DNA from: Candidatus Bathyarchaeota archaeon
Lineage (GTDB): Archaea > Thermoproteota > Bathyarchaeia > Bathyarchaeales > Bathycorpusculaceae
Direction: 5' to 3'
NCBI GenBank assembly: GCA_963777155.1
Contig: CAVZPM010000001.1
Location: 32,001 to 96,000, forward strand
DNA: 64,000 nucleotides
Both the position numbers and the translations under genes were made by a program. The notes beneath the pieces are model-generated. The model ran no database searches. It saw nothing but the letters and a program-made list of their open reading frames with translations, and was not told the DNA's origin. Each line of letters opens with the position of its first letter. The stretch's first letter is position 1. Shown here piece after piece: positions 58,673-64,000 of this stretch.

Positions 58673-58870
58673 TTACCCTTTGCCTTTCTCTTCTTTGCCG
58701 AAGTACTGAGTCCATTTGAGCTTGCGTGCATCGCGTTTAAATGATAAGCTGCTTTTTTTGCATTTGCTAGAATCGAACCAGAGGATTGAGCCATCGTTTT
58801 TAACGCACATCATGCCTGTGCCAGCTGGGAAATCAGCACCACAGAACGAACATTTTCTCGGTTTTGGCAT
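58673..58870 (-). CDS. rpl24e: 50S ribosomal protein L24e
   Basis: CSFCG..PAGTGMM.V.NDG...SSKC...RKLKWT. Confidence 0.96.
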   Translation of the reverse strand: MPKPRKCSFCGADFPAGTGMMCVKNDGSILWFDSSKCKKSSLSFKRDARKLKWTQYFGKEEKGKG

Positions 58871-58890
58871 GACAAATTCTCCAAGCTATT

Positions 58891-59109
58891 TTATCTCGTA
58901 ATTTTCTTTGCTTCTCTTTCTGTTTCTCGCAGCATCAGAATGTCTTGTGCTCTGACTGGTCCTTTAACGTTGCGTGTGATGATTCTGCCTTTATCTTTGC
59001 CTTCCATTATGCGGACGCGAACCTGTGTGATTTCTCCTGTTACGCCTGTGCGACCTATTACTTGTATGACTTCTGACGGAATAAGTTCTTCAGCTGCTTC
59101 TTTACTCAT
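58891..59109 (-). CDS. rps28e: 30S ribosomal protein S28e
   Basis: [12 protein letters not shown]...RNVKGPVR...ETEREA. Confidence 0.97.
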   Translation of the reverse strand: MSKEAAEELIPSEVIQVIGRTGVTGEITQVRVRIMEGKDKGRIITRNVKGPVRAQDILMLRETEREAKKITR

Positions 59110-59489
59110 TACTGAGTTCCTCGTTTGACCTGGTCAATTCGTGTAACGATTTCTTTGAGTAATCCTGCTGCTTCTCCTTCTCTGATGATGCATGCTGCTG
59201 CACATGGGACGTCAATGCCGATGGATTTGCCGAGTTGTTCTTTGCTTGGAACAAAGACATATGGAATTTTCCTTTCGTCGCAGAGTAGCGGTAAATGTGC
59301 TATAACTTCTGGGGGGTCAACGTCTTCAGCAATAACTACGAGTTTGGCTTGTGACCGTTCTACCGCTTTGGTAGCTTCGTTTGTTCCTTTCCTAACTGAT
59401 CCTGATTTTGAAGCAATCGTTAGGGCTTCATAGGCTGCATCTACGATTTCTTTTGGGACTTCATATTTTACATAGAATGGTTTTGACAT
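59109..59489 (-). CDS. rpl7ae: 50S ribosomal protein L7Ae
   Basis: [30 protein letters not shown]. Confidence 0.97.
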   Translation of the reverse strand: MSKPFYVKYEVPKEIVDAAYEALTIASKSGSVRKGTNEATKAVERSQAKLVVIAEDVDPPEVIAHLPLLCDERKIPYVFVPSKEQLGKSIGIDVPCAAACIIREGEAAGLLKEIVTRIDQVKRGTQ

Positions 59490-59642
59490 ATTAGCCTCAC
59501 CCTTTTAAGGCACAGTCTTATCCACACTTCCTGTTTAATAATCTTTCGACTACAAATCGGATACTTGTTCTTTCGACTAATTGACCATCCAGAAACGTTT
59601 AAATCCCCAGTCACGGCTACCTACATGTTTTCGAGAGGGGAA

Positions 59643-59900
59643 TTGCGTTTGCAAAGATTGGGCAAGGTTTCAAATGTAACTCCATCGCGAAACATGGTTA
59701 TAAAAGTGGAAAATCCCCCGAAACTTGGTTTTGAAGTTGTAGATGAAAACTTGGACGTTGTAGGGAAAGTCTTTGACATTATAGGTCCAGTTTCAGCCCC
59801 CTATGCAGTGATTAAAACAACCCTTAGGGAACCTGAGAAATTAGTGAATAAACCGGTGTACTTGCTTCTCTCGAAAACCAAACGGAGCAAAAATAGATGA
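59643..59900 (+). CDS. gar1: H/ACA RNP protein Gar1/Naf1
   Basis: [20 protein letters not shown]; typical position before tfb; probable TTG start after GAGGGG. Confidence 0.88.
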   Translation: MRLQRLGKVSNVTPSRNMVIKVENPPKLGFEVVDENLDVVGKVFDIIGPVSAPYAVIKTTLREPEKLVNKPVYLLLSKTKRSKNR

Positions 59901-60871
59901 TTAGAGACAGCAAGTTACAACATGAAATAAATCCAGACCAAACCGCATCTCCTGCAGAGTCTCCCAAAGCTCGAACTTGTCCTGAATGCGGAAGCACCCG
60001 AATAATGCATGATTCTGAAGCTGCAGAAATAGTATGTATGGACTGCGGTTTTGTTGTTCAACAGAAAATTGCTGATCGTGGACCAGAATGGCGCGCTTTC
60101 GATGATGAACAACGATCTAAGAGAACCCGTGTTGGGGCACCCCTAACATACACTATTCACGATAAAGGCTTGTCAACCACAATTGATTGGCATGACCGAG
60201 ACATATACGGCAAAAGCCTCTCGCCAGGCCAGAAAGCACAGGTTTATCGCCTCAGGAAGTGGCAGCGTCGCATAAGAGTTTCAGACGCAACTGAACGAAA
60301 TTTGGCTTTTGCACTCTCTGAAATAACAAAGATTTCCAATAACCTAAACCTTCCAAAGAATATTCTTGAAACAGCCTCAGTTATTTACCGCAAAGCAGTA
60401 AAAGAACGTCTTATTCGCGGCAGATCAATTCAAGGTGTTACCTCGGCAGCTATCTATTTGGCATGCAGGCAATGCGGTTTGCCTCGAACCTTGGATGAAA
60501 TCTCTCAGGCTTCAACAGTTAATAAGAAAGAAGTTGGGCGAAGCTACCGCTTCCTAATCAGAGAACTAAACTATTCAATCCCTCCACTACGTCCAAGCCA
60601 ATACATAACAAAGTTTTCCAACCAACTCACAATGCAGGGAAAAGTGGAGGAAATCGCTCACAAAATCCTAGCTTCAGCCAAGGAACTCAAACTTACTTCA
60701 GGCAGAGGCCCAACAGGTATTGCAGCCGCAGCAAGTTACGTAGCATCCGTGTTGACTGGTGAACGTAAGACGCAAAGAGAAATCGCCGAGATTGCACAGG
60801 TAACTGAGGTTACTATCCGCAACAGGTACAAAGAACTTGTTGAGCGTATGATGTTCCAAATAAGCATCTAA
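59897..60871 (+). CDS. tfb: Transcription initiation factor IIB
   Basis: CPECG..CMDCG zinc ribbon, GPEWRAF, two cyclin repeats, TIRNRYKEL. Confidence 0.97.
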   Translation: MIRDSKLQHEINPDQTASPAESPKARTCPECGSTRIMHDSEAAEIVCMDCGFVVQQKIADRGPEWRAFDDEQRSKRTRVGAPLTYTIHDKGLSTTIDWHDRDIYGKSLSPGQKAQVYRLRKWQRRIRVSDATERNLAFALSEITKISNNLNLPKNILETASVIYRKAVKERLIRGRSIQGVTSAAIYLACRQCGLPRTLDEISQASTVNKKEVGRSYRFLIRELNYSIPPLRPSQYITKFSNQLTMQGKVEEIAHKILASAKELKLTSGRGPTGIAAAASYVASVLTGERKTQREIAEIAQVTEVTIRNRYKELVERMMFQISI

Positions 60872-60907
60872 ACCTCACCTTCTTTTTCACTTTTTAGGGC
60901 TCTAAAA

Positions 60908-61195
60908 ATGAATAATTCTGACACACTTTTTGAAAAGCCAAAGTTGCAGGAGTTAGTTGATAAACTTGAAGAAATCCAGTTGGGTTTTAGACAAAACCTT
61001 AGTAATCTACATCAGAAGCTTGAGCTACTTGATTCTAGGACTGATCTCCAGAATAACCTTGATATTTTGAGGAAAGATGCTCTGACAAGAGTCAGCGACC
61101 TTGAGGTTGAAGTTAAACGGCTTCGTGAAGATCTTGAGTCCGTTCGTGAGCTTTTAGGTTTAAATCTGGATAAATGCAATTCGGTAAAAAGTTGA
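60908..61195 (+). CDS. Small coiled-coil protein
   Basis: Leu heptad periodicity over most of 95 aa. Confidence 0.65.
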   Translation: MNNSDTLFEKPKLQELVDKLEEIQLGFRQNLSNLHQKLELLDSRTDLQNNLDILRKDALTRVSDLEVEVKRLREDLESVRELLGLNLDKCNSVKS

Positions 61196-61243
61196 CTGTG
61201 GATAAGCAATTTTTTTAAGTGCGCACGTTGCTAATGCTAAGTT

Positions 61244-61858
61244 ATGCCCTATAAATTCACATTCGATCTATCCAAGGTCCCGCGGTTTTTCTTCACAGAA
61301 ATCGCCTTGATTAGTTACCAGAAGGGCATGCACAAAGGCTTCCTGAACACACTCAACGAACTGATCCTAAAGTTTAAAATTCAAGAAGCAACTGGACTCA
61401 ACCTCTCAGACGCCGTTGCTTTGCTTCAGGACCTAATCGATTTACAAGCCATTAACTGTACGCAGAGAGGTAAATTTTTGCAGACCAAGAAGAGAGCAAT
61501 CTTCCTGCCGCATTGTTCCCGAAAATATATGGATAACCGTTGCAAAGCATCATTTGACTCGGATATTCCTAGCTATATATGCGCGCATTGTTCGGATGAT
61601 TGCATGGTGAACAAGGCAGACCAGTTTGCCAAAAAGAAGGGGTATGATGTTTACTTATTGCCTGGGGGCTCGTGCATTCCGAAGATCCTTAAAAGTCGTC
61701 ACTATGAAGGCATCGTGGGGGTTGCATGTGGTGAAGAAATGAAAATTATGGCGCCACTTCTCAACGGCATGAGCGTTAGTGGACAAGGCATACCTTTGAT
61801 TAAGAACGGTTGCGCCAGCACTGTTTTTAACATGGAAACGCTCCGAAAGGTTCTCTGA
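61244..61858 (+). CDS. DUF116 domain protein
   Basis: FLPHCSR, CAHCSDDC, PGGS, GVAC, GC motifs. Confidence 0.88.
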   Translation: MPYKFTFDLSKVPRFFFTEIALISYQKGMHKGFLNTLNELILKFKIQEATGLNLSDAVALLQDLIDLQAINCTQRGKFLQTKKRAIFLPHCSRKYMDNRCKASFDSDIPSYICAHCSDDCMVNKADQFAKKKGYDVYLLPGGSCIPKILKSRHYEGIVGVACGEEMKIMAPLLNGMSVSGQGIPLIKNGCASTVFNMETLRKVL

Positions 61859-62044
61859 GTAATCACTAATTGCTTGATCCGTAAGTTTAGCTACTTTCGA
61901 AGCGCATAATTCCAACCCAATAAATTGAATGCTTGTAAGGTGTTCAATCCTGTTAATCGATGGATTTTCTTCAGGATGATAGGTTAAAAATAGAACCTGA
62001 TATGATCTGCTTTTTCTGCAAATAAATAAAAGAAAAGTAAATTA

Positions 62045-62206
62045 TTACTTTACTATTTCCCGTTTCTTCCAGCGCAGGTTTTTGCCCTTGCACTTTCTGC
62101 ATTTTAGCGCTGTTGCAGCGTTGCGTGAGCCACAGTCTCGGCAGATTTTCATGTACAACCGGTGCTGCTGCGCGATGGCTTTCTTTACTGGGTCTAATAT
62201 TGGCAT
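62045..62206 (-). CDS. rpl40e: 50S ribosomal protein L40e (not in track)
   Basis: MPILDPVKKAIAQQHRLYMKICRDCGSRNAATALKCRKCKGKNLRWKKREIVK. Confidence 0.95.
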   Translation of the reverse strand: MPILDPVKKAIAQQHRLYMKICRDCGSRNAATALKCRKCKGKNLRWKKREIVK

Positions 62207-62273
62207 TTTAATTGAACCTTCCGTTTAGGCTTACTCTTTGATGTTTAAGTATCAAATATACCTTTTGTCTAAC

Positions 62274-62741
62274 CTATTTGATTACTTCAATGGTAACATA
62301 AGAGCGAGTATCCTCAATGCCATCAATGCTGTAGAGTTTCTTTAAGATTTCATCGAGGTTTTCACGTTCGACAATAATCAAAGCATCCACTTCGCCTGCA
62401 ATGCGAAATGCCCGGGAGACTGCCAGTTCATGGATTTGCTCGTAAACATGGATGCGTTTGATGGGTGAAATTTTGAGGAGGATGAAAGCTGGTGTAGTAG
62501 ATACTCCCAGAGCACTCAACCCTTTCTCGGTGACATCGATGAAGCCTCGTCCAGTGCGTATGTAACCGCGGTTCTTTAATTTTCGTAAATGTACGTTTAA
62601 TGCTTGTCTACTTACTCCAAGTTGGTTTGACAACTCATCTTGTTTAACCCTCAATGTGTAGGTGTTTGTAGATTTACCTTTTTCGTAGAGGGTTTTTAGC
62701 AGTTGAATTGAACGTTTAGTTAATGGTTCCAATTTGGTCAC
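62274..62741 (-). CDS. Lrp/AsnC family transcriptional regulator
   Basis: HTH QDELSNQLGVSRQAL..LRKL plus RAM domain IAGEVDAL...IDGIEDTRS. Confidence 0.85.
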   Translation of the reverse strand: MTKLEPLTKRSIQLLKTLYEKGKSTNTYTLRVKQDELSNQLGVSRQALNVHLRKLKNRGYIRTGRGFIDVTEKGLSALGVSTTPAFILLKISPIKRIHVYEQIHELAVSRAFRIAGEVDALIIVERENLDEILKKLYSIDGIEDTRSYVTIEVIK

Positions 62742-62963
62742 TTTTGTGTTGTTTTGTTAAGTTAAACCTTTACAATAGTTGCATACTTCCTTAATAAATT
62801 GTCTGTTAAAAAAAGAGCCTGATTTTTCCTCAGTACATAGAATTGACTAAAAATAAACCAATTTTCAAAAACAAAAACGCAAACCGACACACCACAATGT
62901 ATTTATTTTGAAAAAAAGCTTAAGTCAAGCCACTTAAAAGTAAACTAGGAGTGAAGCGGAACC

Positions 62964-63260
62964 GTGACAGAAAGCGCCAGTGCGGTCTTAATCGGCAAGA
63001 AACCGATAATGAACTATGTCCTCGCTTGTATCACCTTCTTCCACGGCGGAGCAAAAGAAGTCAGCATAAAAGCACGCGGCAGGTCCATCAGCCGAGCCAT
63101 CGACGTCGCTGAAGTTGTTAGGCACAGATTCCTGCCAGATGCTAAAATAAAAAGCATAAGCATCGGAACGGATCAGTTCTTACCTCAAGATCAAGAAGAC
63201 GGCAACACGGCAACCAATGTTAGCACGATAGAAATAACGCTGATAAGACAGTCACGATAA
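62964..63260 (+). CDS. albA: DNA/RNA-binding protein Alba
   Basis: [35 protein letters not shown]. Confidence 0.96.
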   Translation: MTESASAVLIGKKPIMNYVLACITFFHGGAKEVSIKARGRSISRAIDVAEVVRHRFLPDAKIKSISIGTDQFLPQDQEDGNTATNVSTIEITLIRQSR

Positions 63261-63295
63261 GCTAAACTCCTTCTTTGCAGGAAAAAAGACACCAA

Positions 63296-63805
63296 ATGAA
63301 AACAGAACTATGCAGTTTCTGCCTAAAAAGTGGCATACTATGCCAAAAATGTTCAGCCAAAGTCAAAGCTGGCGAAATCAGCGATATCGACCTGAAAGTA
63401 GCTCGCATACTGCTCTCGATGGAAGAAAAGTACCCTTCCCTGCAAAACGTCTGCTTCTACAAGGCAGTTGAGGTTGAAAAGACCTTAGCCATCCTCGTTG
63501 GACATGGAGATGTCCCTAAACTTTTAGGTTACGGCGGCAAAATCGTCAAAACCCTCGGCGACGAAACAGGCAAAAACGTCCGAGTCTTAGAGCACGGTGT
63601 TGACGACCGCAAATTCCTCGAAGACCTCTTTGTACCCTTCAGCATCTTAACCATCAACACCATCTGGATTCCAGACGGAACCACCGAGACACGGGTAATT
63701 CTTAAGAGGAAACGTGGCGCGCAGCTACCCTTTGACCTTAAAGCTTTGAAGGAAATTGCCAGTAAAGTACGTAAAATGTCCTTACGCGTTGAGATTGCAG
63801 ATTAA
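63296..63805 (+). CDS. Archaeal NusA-like KH protein with N-terminal zinc finger
   Basis: CSFCLKSGILCQKC; LLGYGGKIVK KH loop; upstream of aspS. Confidence 0.85.
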   Translation: MKTELCSFCLKSGILCQKCSAKVKAGEISDIDLKVARILLSMEEKYPSLQNVCFYKAVEVEKTLAILVGHGDVPKLLGYGGKIVKTLGDETGKNVRVLEHGVDDRKFLEDLFVPFSILTINTIWIPDGTTETRVILKRKRGAQLPFDLKALKEIASKVRKMSLRVEIAD

Positions 63806-63819
63806 GGTTGACAAGCAGC

Positions 63820-64000
63820 ATGAACTTGGACTCTATCGGCGACTGGGTTAGAACGCACTATACTAGCCAAATATCACCAGAAATAGATGGTCAAGAGGTT
63901 ACTCTTTTTGGGTGGGTCCAAGATATCCGTGACCTTGGCGGGATTCGCTTTATTATTCTACAGGATCACGAAGGAACAATCCAACTCACAATTCCTAAAA
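63820..64000 (+). CDS. aspS: Aspartyl-tRNA synthetase (5' part, runs off window)
   Basis: RTHY...EVTLFGWVQDIRDLGGIRFIILQDHEGTIQ OB-fold. Confidence 0.9.
   Translation, partial: MNLDSIGDWVRTHYTSQISPEIDGQEVTLFGWVQDIRDLGGIRFIILQDHEGTIQLTIPK

Overview
Archaeal chromosomal segment. The gene set (archaeal histone, Alba, TFB, rps25e, rps17e, rpl40e, Gar1, tetraether synthase, Elf1-like protein, DAP lysine pathway) points to a TACK archaeon, most likely Bathyarchaeia; this is an inference. Most of the window is housekeeping: ribosomal proteins, a surface-glycan locus (8.1-18.0 kb), an IscS/IscU/SufS Fe-S/sulfur cluster, Hel308, PurB, EndoQ, TldD/PmbA, a GH57/GT4 alpha-glucan cluster, two cyclophilins, RtcB/archease, an Mtd-type dehydrogenase and a dapA-dapB-asd-lysA-dapF-dapL cluster. 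The standout is an AT-rich island next to tRNA-Gly(TCC) at about 38.0-43.3 kb. Its first 2 kb is a tandem array of four single-gene units encoding small membrane proteins, separated by a diverged ~58-bp imperfect palindromic repeat. There are three full copies, a 3' half-copy at the left edge and a 5' half-copy at the right edge. A divergent CxxC ORF that reads through the tRNA heads the array. The layout resembles an integron cassette array but with non-canonical sites and no recognisable integrase in the window. Other points: probable CTG (rps17e) and ATA (sufS) start codons, an IscS-like protein with an altered PLP site, and a decayed membrane-anchor sequence upstream of a duplicated cyclophilin. 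Several genes carry single-base frameshifts that look like assembly indels. All assignments come from reading motifs by eye; no searches were run.
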